In this document: positions 24,935-39,990 of the stretch, piece after piece
How the letters are laid out: each line of letters starts with the position of its first letter
Numbering within the stretch: position 1 is the first letter of the stretch
Source: Auanema rhodensis
Taxonomy: Eukaryota > Animalia > Nematoda
Assembly: GCA_964057225.1 (NCBI GenBank)
Contig: OZ059898.1
Coordinates: 3,038,001-3,102,000 of the forward strand
Direction of reading: 5' to 3'
DNA length: 64,000 nucleotides
Notes under the pieces: generated by a model
The model's input: the letters and a program-made list of their open reading frames with translations, nothing else
The model's database searches: none
What the model was told of the DNA's origin: nothing
Translations under genes and position numbers: made by a program

Positions 24935-26280
24935 TTTTGAAATTTTTCGAAAAAATTTTTGTCAAAATGTTTTTGGAAGCAATCTTGAGTGTACATGGAA
25001 ACTCAACATACACTAATGCATCATTTTTCTAACGATCATAACTGATTTTTGTATTAAGCTTTTCTCAATGTAGTATAGTGCATTCGATGCGGATTTTTAA
25101 GCTGCGTCGATCTGTGTTATCAGATTTGCGCTAGCTTAAAAATGCACCGAGATATCAACTGATACAAGTTCACACTTATATCCTCGATTTTCACCCTGAA
25201 GAAATAATTTTTTCGTTGAATAACATTGTCCATCGTCTTTGCCTTGAAAAAAGGATTCTAAAAACATCTACTTTTTGCTAAATTATTTTGAAATTTTTCG
25301 AAAAAATTTTTGTCAAAATGTTTTTGGAAGCAATGTTGAGTGTACATGGAAACTCAACATACACTAATGCATCATTTTTCAAACGATCATAACTAATTTT
25401 TGTATCAAGCGTTTCTCAATGTAGTATAGTGCATTCGATCCGGATTTTTAAGCTGCGTCGATCTGTGTTATCAGATTTGCGCTAGCTTAAAAATGCACCG
25501 AGATATCAACTGATATAAGTTCACACTTATATCCTCGATTTTCACCCTGAAGAAATAATTTTTTCGTTGAATAACATTGTCCATCGTCTTTGCCTTGAAA
25601 AAAGGATTCTAAAAACATCTACTTTTTGCTAAATTATTTTGAAATTTTTCGAAAAAATTTTTGTCAAAATGTTTTTGGAAGCAATCTTGAGTGTACATGG
25701 AAACTCAACATACACTAATGCATCATTTTTCTAACGATCATAACTGATTTTTGTATTAAGCTTTTCTCAATGTAGTATAGTGCATTCGATGCGGATTTTT
25801 AAGCTGCGTCGATCTGTGTTATCAGATTTGCGCTAGCTTAAAAATGCACCGAGATATCAACTGATACAAGTTCACACTTATATCCTCGATTTTCACCCTG
25901 AAGAAATAATTTTTTCGTTGAATAACATTGTCCATCGTCTTTGCCTTGAAAAAAGGATTCTAAAAACATCTACTTTTTGCTAAATTATTTTGAAATTTTT
26001 CGAAAAAATTTTTGTCAAAATGTTTTTGGAAGCAATGTTGAGTGTACATGGAAACTCAACATACACTAATGCATCATTTTTCAAACGATCATAACTAATT
26101 TTTGTATCAAGCGTTTCTCAATGTAGTATAGTGCATTCGATCCGGATTTTTAAGCTGCGTCGATCTGTGTTATCAGATTTGCGCTAGCTTAAAAATGCAC
26201 CGAGATATCAACTGATATAAGTTCACACTTATATCCTCGATTTTCACCCTGAAGAAATAATTTTTTCGTTGAATAACATT
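24935..26280 (+). repeat. 2-monomer duplication (702 bp)
   Basis: CAATCTTGAG 24984/25686, AACTGATTTT ~25044/25746, and shared GATACA / GGATTCT / GATCC variants. Confidence 0.88.
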
Positions 26281-27659
26281 GTCTATCGTCTTTGCCTTGA
26301 AAAATGGAATCTAAAAACATCTACTTTTTGGTAAATTATTTTGAAATTTTTCGAAAAAATTTTTGTCAAAATGTTTTTGGAAGCAATGTTGAGTGTACAT
26401 GGAAACTCAACATACACTAATGCATCATTTTTCTAACGATCATAACTAATTTTTGTATTAAGCGTTTCTCAATGTAGTATAGTGCATTCGATGCGGATTT
26501 TTAAGCTGCGTCGATCTGTGTTATCAGATTTGCGCTAGCTTAAAAATGCACCGAGATATCAACTGATACAAGTTCACACTTATATCCTCGATTTTCACCC
26601 TGAAGAATTAATTTTTTCGTTGAATAACATTGTCCATCGTCTTTGCCTTAAAAGAAGGATTCTAAAAACATCTACTTTTTGCTAAATTATTTCGAAATTT
26701 TTCGAAAAAATTTTTGTCAAAATGTTTTTGGAAGCAATGTTGAGTGTACATGGAAACTCAACATACACTAATGCATCATTTTTCAAACGATCATAACTAA
26801 TTTTTGTATCAAGCGTTTCTCAATGTAGTATAGTGCATTCGATGCGGATTTTTAAGCTGCGTCGATCTGTGTTATCAGATTTGCGCTAGCTTAAAAATGC
26901 ACCGAGATATCAACTGATATAAGTTCACACTTACATCCTCGATTTTCACCCTGAAGAATTAATTTTTTCGTTGAATAACATTGTCCATCGTCTTTGCCTT
27001 GAAAAAAGGAATCTAAAAACATCTACTTTTTGCTAAATTATTTTGAAATTTTTCGAAAAAATTTTTGTCAAAATGTTTTTGGAAGCAATGTTGAGTGTAC
27101 ATGGAAACTCAACATACACTAATGCATCATTTTTCAAACGATCATAACTAATTTTTGTATCAAGCGTTTCTCAATGTAGTATAGTGCATTCGATCCGGAT
27201 TTTTAAGCTGCGTCGATCTGTGTTATCAGATTTGCGCTAGCTTAAAAATGCACCGAGATATCAACTGATATAAGTTCACACTTATATCCTCGATTTTCAT
27301 CGTGAAGAATTAATTTTCTCGTTGAATAACATTGTCCATCGTCTTTGCCTTGAAAAAAGGAATCTAAAAACATCTACTTTTTGCTAAATTATTTTGAAAT
27401 TTTTCGAAAAAAGTTTTGTCAAAATGTTTTTGGAAGCAATGTTGAGTGTACATGGAAACTCAACATACACTAATGCATCATTTTTCTAACGATCATAACT
27501 AATTTTTGTATTAAGCTTTTCTCAATGTAGTATAGTGCATTCGATGCGGATTTTTAAGCTGCGTCGATCTGTGTTATCAGATTTGCGCTAGCTTAAAAAT
27601 GCATCGAGATATCAACTGATATAAGTTCACACTTATATCCTCGATTTTCACCCTGAAGA

Positions 27660-30120
27660 ATTAATTTTCTCGTTGAATAACATTGTCCATCGTCTTTGCC
27701 TTGAAAAAAGGAATCTAAAAACATCTACTTTTTGCTAAATTATTTTGAAATTTTCCGAAAAAATTTTTGTCAAAATGTTTTTGGAAGCAATGTTGAGTGT
27801 ACATGGAAACTCAACATACACTAATGCATCATTTTTCAAACGATCATAACTAATTTTTGTATTAAGCGTTTTTCAATGTAGTATAGTGCAATCGATGCGG
27901 ATTTTTAAGCTGCGTCGATCTGTGTTATCAGATTTGCGCTAGCTTAAAAATGCACCGAGATATCAACTGATATAAGTTCACACTTATATCCTCGATTTTC
28001 ATCCTGAAGAATTAATTTTTTTTTAGTTGAATAACATTGTCCATCGTCTTTGCCTTGAAAAATCGAATCTAAAAACATCTACTTTTCGCTAAATTATTTT
28101 GAAATTTTTCGAAAAAATTTTTGTCAAAATGTTTTTGGAAGCAATGTTGAGTGTACATGGAAACTCAACATACACTAATGCATCATTTTTCAAACGATCA
28201 TAACTAATTTTTGTATCAAGCGTTTTTCAATGTAGTATAGTGCATTCGATGCGGATTTTTAAGCTGCGTCGATCTGTGTTATCAGATTTGCGCTAGCTTA
28301 AAAATGCACCGAGATATCAACTGATACAAGTTCACACCTATATCCTCGATTTTCACCCTGAAGAAATAATTTTTTCGTTGAATAACATTGTCCATCGTCT
28401 TTGCCTTGAAAAAAGGATTTTAAAAACATCTACTTTTTGCTAAATTATTTTGAAATTTTTCGAAAAAATTTTTGTCAAAATGTTTTTGGAAGCAATGTTG
28501 AGTGTACATGGAAACTCAACATACACTAATGCATCATTTTTCAAACGATCATAACTAATTTTTGTATTAAGCTTTTCTCAATGTAGTATAGTGCATTCGA
28601 TGCGGATTTTTAAGCTGCGTCGATCTGTGTTATCAGATTTGCGCTAGCTTAAAAATGCACCGAGATATCAACTGATATAAGTTCACACTTATATCCTCGA
28701 TTTTCACCCTGAAGAATTAATTTTTTCGTTGAATAACATTGTCCATCGTCTTTGCCTTGAAAAATGGAAACTAATAACATCTACTTTTTGCTAAATTATT
28801 TTGAAATTTTTCGAAAAAATTTTTGTCAAAATGTTTTTGGAAGCAATGTTGAGTGTACATGGAAACTCAACATACACTAATGCATCATTTTTCAAACGAT
28901 CATAACTAATTTTTGTATCAAGCTTTTCTCAATGTAGTATAGTGCATTCGATGCGGATTTTTAAGCTGCGTCGATCTGTGTTATCAGATTTGCGCTAGCT
29001 TAAAAATGCACCGAGATATCAACTGATATAAGTTCACACTTATATCCTCGATTTTCATCCTGAAGAATTAATTTTCTCGTTGAATAACATTGTCCATCGT
29101 CTTTGCCTTGAAAAAAGGAATCTAAAAACATCTACTTTTTGCTAAATTATTTTGAAATTTTCCGAAAAAATTTTTGTCAAAATGTTTTTGGAAGCAATGT
29201 TGAGTGTACATGGAAACTCAACATACACTAATGCATCATTTTTTAAACGATCATAACTAATTTTTGTATTAAACGTTTTTCAATGTAGTATAGTGCAATC
29301 GATGCGGATTTTTATGCTGCGTCGATCTGTGTTATCAGATTTGCGCTAGCTTAAAAATGCACCGAGATATCAACTGATATAAGTTCACACTTATATCCTC
29401 GATTTTCATCCTGAAGAATTAATTTTTTCGTTGAATAACATTGTCCATCGTCTTTGCCTTGAAAAATCGAATCTAAAAACATCTACTTTTCGCTAAATTA
29501 TTTTGAAATTTTTCGAAAAAATTTTTGTCAAAATGTTTTTGGAAGCAATGTTGAGTGTACATGGAAACTCAACATACACTAATGCATCATTTTTCAAACG
29601 ATCATAACTAATTTTTGTATCAAGCGTTTTTCAATGTAGTATAGTGCATTCGATGCGGATTTTTAAGCTGCGTCGATCTGTGTTATCAGATTTGCGCTAG
29701 CTTAAAAATGCACCGAGATATCAACTGATACAAGTTCACACTTATATCCTCGATTTTCACCCTGAAGAAATAATTTTTTCGTTGAATAACATTGTCCATC
29801 GTCTTTGCCTTGAAAAAAGGATTTTAAAAACATCTACTTTTTGCTAAATTATTTTGAAATTTTTCGAAAAAATTTTTGTCAAAATGTTTTTGGAAGCAAT
29901 GTTGAGTGTACATGGAAACTCAACATACACTAATGCATCATTTTTCAAACGATCATAACTAATTTTTGTATTAAGCTTTTCTCAATGTAGTATAGTGCAT
30001 TCGATGCGGATTTTTAAGCTGCGTCGATCTGTGTTATCAGATTTGCGCTAGCTTAAAAATGCACCGAGATATCAACTGATATAAGTTCACACTTATATCC
30101 TCGATTTTCACCCTGAAGAA
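27660..30120 (+). repeat. 4-monomer-spaced duplication (1404-1407 bp)
   Basis: GCAATCG 27891/29298 (the spacing includes the +3 insertion at ~28021), GGATTTT 28420/29824. Confidence 0.8.
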
Positions 30121-32469
30121 TTAACTTTTTCGTTGAATAACATTGTCTATCGTCTTTGCCTTGAAAAATGGAATCTAAAAACATCTACTTTTTGCTAAAT
30201 TATTTTGAAATTTTTCGAAAAAATTTTTGTCAAAATGTTTTTGGAAGCAATGTTGAGTGTACATGGAAACTCAACATACACTAATGCATCATTTTTCAAA
30301 CGATCATAACTAATTTTTGTATTAAGCTTTTCTCAATGTAGTATAGTGCATTCGATGCGGATTTTTAAGCTGCGTCGATCTGTGTTATCAGATTTGCGCT
30401 AGCTTAAAAATGCACCGAGATATCAACTGATATAAGTTCACACTTATATCCTCGATTTTCACCCTGAAGAATTAACTTTTTCGTTGAATAACATTGTCTA
30501 TCGTCTTTGCCTTGAAAAATGGAATCTAAAAACATCTACTTTTTGCTAAATTATTTTGAAATTTTTCGAAAAAATTTTTGTCAAAATGTTTTTGGAAGCA
30601 ATGTTGAGTGTACATGGAAACTCAACATACACTAATGCATCATTTTTCAAACGATCATAACTAATTTTTGTATCAAGCTTTTCTCAATGTAGTATAGTGC
30701 ATTCGATGCGGATTTTTAAGCTGCGTCGATCTGTGTTATCAGATTTGCGCTAGCTTAAAAATGCACCGAGATATCAACTGATATAAGTTCACACTTATAT
30801 CCTCGATTTTCATCCTGAAGAATTAATTTTCTCGTTGAATAACATTGTCCATCGTCTTTGCCTTGAAAAAAGAAATCTAAAAACATCTACTTTTTGCTAA
30901 ATTATTTTGAAATTTTCCGAAAAAATTTTTGTCAAAATGTTTTTGGAAGCAATGTTGAGTGTACATGGAAACTCAACATACACTAATGCATCATTTTTCA
31001 AACGATCATAACTAATTTTTGTATTAAGCGTTTTTCAATGTAGTATAGTGCAATCGATGCGGATTTTTAAGCTGCGTCGATCTGTGTTATCAGATTTGCG
31101 CTAGTTTAAAAATGCACCAAGATATCAACTGATATAAGTTCACACTTATATCCTTGATTTTCATCCTGAAGAATTAATTTTTTCGTTGAATAACATTGTC
31201 CATCGTCTTTGCCTTGAAAAATCGAATCTAAAAACATCTACTTTTCGCTAAATTATTTTGAAATTTTTCGAAAAAATTTTTGTCAAAATGTTTTTGGAAG
31301 CAATGTTGAGTGTACATGGAAACTCAACATACACTAATGCATCATTTTTCAAACGATCATAACTAATTTTTGTATCAAGCTTTTCTCAATGTAGTATAGT
31401 GCATTCGATGCGGATTTTTAAGCTGCGTCGATCTGTGTTATCAGATTTGCGCTAGCTTAAAAATGCACCGAGATATCAACTGATATAAGTTTACACTTAT
31501 ATCCTCGATTTTCACCCTGAAGAATTAACTTTTTCGTTGAATAACATTGTCTATCGTCTTTGCCTTGAAAAATGGAATCTAAAAACATCTACTTTTTGCT
31601 AAATTATTTTGAAATTTTTCGAAAAAATTTTTGTCAAAATGTTTTTGGAAGCAATGTTGAGTGTACATGGAAACTCAACATACACTAATGCATCATTTTT
31701 CAAACGATCATAACTAATTTTTGTATCAAGTTTTTCTCAATGTAGTATAGTGCATTCGATGCGGATTTTTAAGCTGCGTCGATCTGTGTTATCAGATTTG
31801 CGCTAGCTTAAAAATGCACCGAGATATCAACTGATATAAGTTCACACTTATATCCTCGATTTTCATCCTGAAGAATTAATTTTCTCGTTGAATAACATTG
31901 TCCATCGTCTTTGCCTTGAAAAATGGAATCTAAAAACATCTACTTTTTGCTAAATTATTTTGAAATTTTTCGAAAAAATTTTTGTCAAAATGTTTTTGGA
32001 AGCAATGTTGAGTGTACATGGAAACTCAACATACACTAATGCATCATTTTTCAAACGATCATAACTAATTTTTGTATTAAGCGTTTTTCAATGTAGTATA
32101 GTGCAATCGATGCGGATTTTTAAGCTGCGTCGATCTGTGTTATCAGATTTGCGCTAGTTTAAAAATGCACCAAGATATCAACTGATATAAGTTCACACTT
32201 ATATCCTTGATTTTCATCCTGAAGAATTAATTTTTTCGTTGAATAACATTGTCCATCGTCTTTGCCTTGAAAAAAGAAATCTAAAAACATCTACTTTTTG
32301 CTAAATTATTTTGAAATTTTCCGAAAAAATTTTTGTCAAAATGTTTTTGGAAGCAATGTTGAGTGTACATGGAAACTCAACATACACTAATGCATCATTT
32401 TTCAAACGATCATAACTAATTTTTGTATTAAGCGTTTTTCAATGTAGTATAGTGCAATCGATGCGGATT

Positions 32470-35400
32470 TTTAAGCTGCGTCGATCTGTGTTATCAGATT
32501 TGCGCTAGTTTAAAAATGCACCAAGATATCAACTGATATAAGTTCACACTTATATCCTTGATTTTCATCCTGAAGAATTAATTTTTTCGTTGAATAACAT
32601 TGTCCATCGTCTTTGCCTTGAAAAATCGAATCTAAAAACATCTACTTTTCGCTAAATTATTTTGAAATTTTTCGAAAAAATTTTTGTCAAAATGTTTTTG
32701 GAAGCAATGTTGAGTGTACATGGAAACTCAACATACACTAATGCATCATTTTTCAAACGATCATAACTAATTTTTGTATCAAGCTTTTCTCAATGTAGAA
32801 TAGTGCATTCGATGCGGATTTTGAAGCTGCGTCGATCTGTGTTATCAGATTTGCGCTAGCTTAAAAATGCACCGAGATATCAACTGATATAAGTTTACAC
32901 TTATATCCTCGATTTTCACCCTGAAGAATTAACTTTTTCGTTGAATAACATTGTCTATCGTCTTTGCCTTGAAAAATGGAATCTAAAAACATCTACTTTT
33001 TGCTAAATTATTTTGAAATTTTTCGAAAAAATTTTTGTCAAAATGTTTTTGGAAGCAATGTTGAGTGTACATGGAAACTCAACATACACTAATGCATCAT
33101 TTTTCAAACGATCATAACTAATTTTTGTATCAAGTTTTTCTCAATGTAGTATAGTGCATTCGATGCGGATTTTTAAGCTGCGTCGATCTGTGTTATCAGA
33201 TTTGCGCTAGCTTAAAAATGCACCGAGATATCAACTGATATAAGTTCACACTTATATCCTCGATTTTCATCCTGAAGAATTAATTTTCTCGTTGAATAAC
33301 ATTGTCCATCGTCTTTGCCTTGAAAAATGGAATCTAAAAACATCTACTTTTTGCTAAATTATTTTGAAATTTTTCGAAAAAATTTTTGTCAAAATGTTTT
33401 TGGAAGCAATGTTGAGTGTACATGGAAACTCAACATACACTAATGCATCATTTTTCAAACGATCATAACTAATTTTTGTATCAAGTTTTTCTCAATGTAG
33501 TATAGTGCATTCGATGCGGATTTTTAAGCTGCGTCGATCTGTGTTATCAGATTTGCGCTAGCTTAAAAATGCACCGAGATATCAACTGATATAAGTTCAC
33601 ACTTATATCCTCGATTTTCATCCTGAAGAATTAATTTTCTCGTTGAATAACATTGTCCATCGTCTTTGCCTTGAAAAAAGGAATCTAAAAACATCTACTT
33701 TTTGCTAAATTATTTTGAAATTTTCCGAAAAAATTTTTGTCAAAATGTTTTTGGAAGCAATGTTGAGTGTACATGGAAACTCAACATACACTAATGCATC
33801 ATTTTTCAAACGATCATAACTAATTTTTGTATCAAGCTTTTCTCAATGTAGTATAGTGCATTCGATGCGGATTTTTAAGCTGCGTCGATCTGTGTTATCA
33901 GATTTGCGCTAGTTTAAAAATGCACCAAGATATCAACTGATATAAGTTCACACTTATATCCTTGATTTTCATCCTGAAGAATTAATTTTTTCGTTGAATA
34001 ACATTGTCCATCGTCTTTGCCTTGAAAAATCGAATCTAAAAACATCTACTTTTCGCTAAATTATTTTGAAATTTTTCGAAAAAATTTTTGTCAAAATGTT
34101 TTTGGAAGCAATGTTGAGTGTACATGGAAACTCAACATACACTAATGCATCATTTTTCAAACGATCATAACTAATTTTTGTATCAAGCTTTTCTCAATGT
34201 AGTATAGTGCATTCGATGCGGATTTTTAAGCTGCGTCGATCTGTGTTATCAGATTTGCGCTAGCTTAAAAATGCACCGAGATATCAACTGATATAAGTTT
34301 ACACTTATATCCTCGATTTTCACCCTGAAGAATTAACTTTTTCGTTGAATAACATTGTCTATCGTCTTTGCCTTGAAAAATGGAATCTAAAAACATCTAC
34401 TTTTTGCTAAATTATTTTGAAATTTTTCGAAAAAATTTTTGTCAAAATGTTTTTGGAAGCAATGTTGAGTGTACATGGAAACTCAACATACACTAATGCA
34501 TCATTTTTCAAACGATCATAACTAATTTTTGTATCAAGTTTTTCTCAATGTAGTATAGTGCATTCGATGCGGATTTTTAAGCTGCGTCGATCTGTGTTAT
34601 CAGATTTGCGCTAGCTTAAAAATGCACCGAGATATCAACTGATATAAGTTCACACTTATATCCTCGATTTTCATCCTGAAGAATTAATTTTCTCGTTGAA
34701 TAACATTGTCCATCGTCTTTGCCTTGAAAAATGGAATCTAAAAACATCTACTTTTTGCTAAATTATTTTGAAATTTTTCGAAAAAATTTTTGTCAAAATG
34801 TTTTTGGAAGCAATGTTGAGTGTACATGGAAACTCAACATACACTAATGCATCATTTTTCAAACGATCATAACTAATTTTTGTATCAAGTTTTTCTCAAT
34901 GTAGTATAGTGCATTCGATGCGGATTTTTAAGCTGCGTCGATCTGTGTTATCAGATTTGCGCTAGCTTAAAAATGCACCGAGATATCAACTGATATAAGT
35001 TCACACTTATATCCTCGATTTTCATCCTGAAGAATTAATTTTCTCGTTGAATAACATTGTCCATCGTCTTTGCCTTGAAAAAAGGAATCTAAAAACATCT
35101 ACTTTTTGCTAAATTATTTTGAAATTTTCCGAAAAAATTTTTGTCAAAATGTTTTTGGAAGCAATGTTGAGTGTACATGGAAACTCAACATACACTAATG
35201 CATCATTTTTCAAACGATCATAACTAATTTTTGTATCAAGCTTTTCTCAATGTAGTATAGTGCATTCGATGCGGATTTTTAAGCTGCGTCGATCTGTGTT
35301 ATCAGATTTGCGCTAGTTTAAAAATGCACCAAGATATCAACTGATATAAGTTCACACTTATATCCTTGATTTTCATCCTGAAGAATTAATTTTTTCGTTG

Positions 35401-36050
35401 AATAACATTGTCCATCGTCTTTGCCTTGAAAAATCGAATCTAAAAACATCTACTTTTCGCTAAATTATTTTGAAATTTTTCGAAAAAATTTTTGTCAAAA
35501 TGTTTTTGGAAGCAATGTTGAGTGTACATGGAAACTCAACATACACTAATGCATCATTTTTCAAACGATCATAACTAATTTTTGTATCAAGCTTTTCTCA
35601 ATGTAGTATAGTGCATTCGATGCGGATTTTTAAGCTGCGTCGATCTGTGTTATCAGATTTGCGCTAGCTTAAAAATGCACCGAGATATCAACTGATATAA
35701 GTTTACACTTATATCCTCGATTTTCACCCTGAAGAATTAACTTTTTCGTTGAATAACATTGTCTATCGTCTTTGCCTTGAAAAATGGAATCTAAAAACAT
35801 CTACTTTTTGCTAAATTATTTTGAAATTTTTCGAAAAAATTTTTGTCAAAATGTTTTTGGAAGCAATGTTGAGTGTACATGGAAACTCAACATACACTAA
35901 TGCATCATTTTTCAAACGATCATAACTAATTTTTGTATCAAGTTTTTCTCAATGTAGTATAGTGCATTCGATGCGGATTTTTAAGCTGCGTCGATCTGTG
36001 TTATCAGATTTGCGCTAGCTTAAAAATGCACCGAGATATCAACTGATATA
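32470..36050 (+). repeat. 4-monomer higher-order repeat (1404 bp) x~2.5
   Basis: The triple variant AGTTT / CACCAAG / CCTTG recurs at 32509/33913/35317, followed each time by the TTTACAC and TCAAGTTT variants in the same order. Confidence 0.88.
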
Positions 36051-36819
36051 AGTTTACACTTATATCCTCGATTTTCACCCTGAAGAATTAACTTTTTCGT
36101 TGAATAACATTGTCTATCGTCTTTGCCTTGAAAAATGGAATCTAAAAACATCTACTTTTTGCTAAATTATTTTGAAATTTTTCGAAAAAATTTTTGTCAA
36201 AATGTTTTTGGAAGCAATGTTGAGTGTACATGGAAACTCAACATACACTAATGCATCATTTTTCAAACGATCATAACTAATTTTTGTATCAAGTTTTTCT
36301 CAATGTAGTATAGTGCATTCGATGCGGATTTTTAAGCTGCGTCGATCTGTGTTATCAGATTTGCGCTAGCTTAAAAATGCACCGAGATATCAACTGATAT
36401 AAGTTCACACTTATATCCTCGATTTTCATCCTGAAGAATTAATTTTCTCGTTGAATAACATTGTCCATCGTCTTTGCCTTGAAAAAAGGAATCTAAAAAC
36501 ATCTACTTTTTGCTAAATTATTTTGAAATTTTCCGAAAAAATTTTTGTCAAAATGTTTTTGGAAGCAATGTTGAGTGTACATGGAAACTCAACATACACT
36601 AATGCATCATTTTTCAAACGATCATAACTAATTTTTGTATCAAGCTTTTCTCAATGTAGTATAGTGCATTCGATGCGGATTTTTAAGCTGCGTCGATCTG
36701 TGTTATCAGATTTGCGCTAGCTTAAAAATGCACCGAGATATCAACTGATATAAGTTCACACTTATATCCTCGATTTTCATCCTGAAGAATTAATTTTCTC
36801 GTTGAATAACATTATCCAT

Positions 36820-39800
36820 CGTCTTTGCCTTGAAAAAAGGAATCTAAAAACATCTACTTTTTGCTAAATTATTTTGAAATTTTCCGAAAAAATTTTTGTC
36901 AAAATGTTTTTGGAAGCAATGTTGAGTGTACATGGAAACTCAACATACACTAATGCATCATTTTTCAAACGATCATAACTAATTTTTGTATCAAGCTTTT
37001 CTCAATGTAGTATAGTGCATTCGATGCGGATTTTTAGGCTGCGTCGATCTGTGTTATCAGATTTGCGCTAGCTTAAAAATGCACCGAGATATCAACTGAT
37101 ATAAGTTCACACTTATATCCTCGATTTTCATCCTGAAGAATTAATTTTCTCGTTGAATAACATTGTCCATCGTCTTTGCCTTGAAAAAAGGAATCTAAAA
37201 ACATCTACTTTTTGCTAAATTATTTTGAAATTTTCCGAAAAAATTTTTGTCAAAATGTTTTTGGAAGCAATGTTGAGTGTACATGGAAACTCAACATACA
37301 CTAATGCATCATTTTTCAAACGATCATAACTAATTTTTGTATCAAGCTTTTCTCAATGTAGTATAGTGCATTCGATGCGGATTTTTAAGCTGCGTCGATC
37401 TGTGTTATCAGATTTGCGCTAGCTTAAAAATGCACCGAGATATCAACTGATATAAGTTCACACTTATATCCTCGATTTTCATCCTGAAGAATTAATTTTC
37501 TCGTTGAATAACATTGTCCATCGTCTTTGCCTTGAAAAAATAAATCTAAAAACATCTACTTTTTGCTAAATTATTTTGAAATTTTCCGAAAAAATTTTTG
37601 TCAAAATGTTTTTGGAAGCAATGTTGAGTGTACATGGAAACTCAACATACACTAATGCATCATTTTTCAAACGATCATAACTAATTTTTGTATTAAGCGT
37701 TTTTCAATGTAGTATAGTGCATTCGATGCGGATTTTTAAGCTGCGTCGATCTGTGTTATCAGATTTGCGCTAGCTTAAAAATGCACCGAGATATCAACTG
37801 ATATAAGTTCACACTTATATCCTCGATTTTCATCCTGAAGAATTAATTTTCTCGTTGAATAACATTGTCCATCGTCTTTGCCTTGAAAAAAGGAATCTAA
37901 AAACATCTACTTTTTGCTAAATTATTTTGAAATTTTCCGAAAAAATTTTTGTCAAAATGTTTTTGGAAGCAATGTTGAGTGTACATGGAAACTCAACATA
38001 CACTAATGCATCATTTTTCAAACGATCATAACTAATTTTTGTATCAAGCTTTTCTCAATGTAGTATAGTGCATTCGATGCGGATTTTTAAGCTGCGTCGA
38101 TCTGTGTTATCAGATTTGCGCTAGCTTAAAAATGCACCGAGATATCAACTGATATAAGTTCACACTTATATCCTCGATTTTCATCCTGAAGAATTAATTT
38201 TCTCGTTGAATAACATTGTCCATCGTCTTTGCCTTGAAAAAAGGAATCTAAAAACATCTACTTTTTGCTAAATTATTTTGAAATTTTTCGAAAAAATTTT
38301 TGTCAAAATGTTTTTGGAAGCAATGTTGAGTGTACATGGAAACTCAACATACACTAATGCATCATTTTTCAAACGATCATAACTAATTTTTGTATTAAGC
38401 GTTTTTCAATGTAGTATAGTGCATTCGATGCGGATTTTTAAGCTGCGTCGATCTGTGTTATCAGATTTGCGCTAGCTTAAAAATGCACCGAGATATCAAC
38501 TGATATAAGTTCACACTTATATCCTCGATTTTCATCCTGAAGAATTAATTTTCTCGTTGAATAACATTGTCCATCGTCTTTGCCTTGAAAAAAGGAATCT
38601 AAAAACATCTACTTTTTGCTAAATTATTTTGAAATTTTCCGAAAAAATTTTTGTCAAAATGTTTTTGGAAGCAATGTTGAGTGTACATGGAAACTCAACA
38701 TACACTAATGCATCATTTTTCAAACGATCATAACTAATTTTTGTATCAAGCTTTTCTCAATGTAGTATAGTGCATTCGATGCGGATTTTTAGGCTGCGTC
38801 GATCTGTGTTATCAGATTTGCGCTAGCTTAAAAATGCACCGAGATATCAACTGATATAAGTTCACACTTATATCCTCGATTTTCATCCTGAAGAATTAAT
38901 TTTCTCGTTGAATAACATTGTCCATCGTCTTTGCCTTGAAAAAAGGAATCTAAAAACATCTACTTTTTGCTAAATTATTTTGAAATTTTCCGAAAAAATT
39001 TTTGTCAAAATGTTTTTGGAAGCAATGTTGAGTGTACATGGAAACTCAACATACACTAATGCATCATTTTTCAAACGATCATAACTAATTTTTGTATCAA
39101 GCTTTTCTCAATGTAGTATAGTGCATTCGATGCGGATTTTTAAGCTGCGTCGATCTGTGTTATCAGATTTGCGCTAGCTTAAAAATGCACCGAGATATCA
39201 ACTGATATAAGTTCACACTTATATCCTCGATTTTCATCCTGAAGAATTAATTTTCTCGTTGAATAACATTGTCCATCGTCTTTGCCTTGAAAAAATAAAT
39301 CTAAAAACATCTACTTTTTGCTAAATTATTTTGAAATTTTCCGAAAAAATTTTTGTCAAAATGTTTTTGGAAGCAATGTTGAGTGTACATGGAAACTCAA
39401 CATACACTAATGCATCATTTTTCAAACGATCATAACTAATTTTTGTATTAAGCGTTTTTCAATGTAGTATAGTGCATTCGATGCGGATTTTTAAGCTGCG
39501 TCGATCTGTGTTATCAGATTTGCGCTAGCTTAAAAATGCACCGAGATATCAACTGATATAAGTTCACACTTATATCCTCGATTTTCATCCTGAAGAATTA
39601 ATTTTCTCGTTGAATAACATTGTCCATCGTCTTTGCCTTGAAAAAAGGAATCTAAAAACATCTACTTTTTGCTAAATTATTTTGAAATTTTCCGAAAAAA
39701 TTTTTGTCAAAATGTTTTTGGAAGCAATGTTGAGTGTACATGGAAACTCAACATACACTAATGCATCATTTTTCAAACGATCATAACTAATTTTTGTATC

Positions 39801-39990
39801 AAGCTTTTCTCAATGTAGTATAGTGCATTCGATGCGGATTTTTAAGCTGCGTCGATCTGTGTTATCAGATTTGCGCTAGCTTAAAAATGCACCGAGATAT
39901 CAACTGATATAAGTTCACACTTATATCCTCGATTTTCATCCTGAAGAATTAATTTTCTCGTTGAATAACATTGTCCATCGTCTTTGCCTT
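36820..39990 (+). repeat. 5-monomer duplication (1755 bp) inside the TTCCG/CTCG domain
   Basis: TTTAGGCTG 37037/38792, AAAATAAATCT 37541/39296. Confidence 0.85.

Noticed and set aside
28011-28030. Possible insertion site or array junction
   Set aside because: It is only a 3-nt T-run expansion with a C->A change, and the register resumes immediately. It could be a sequencing error.
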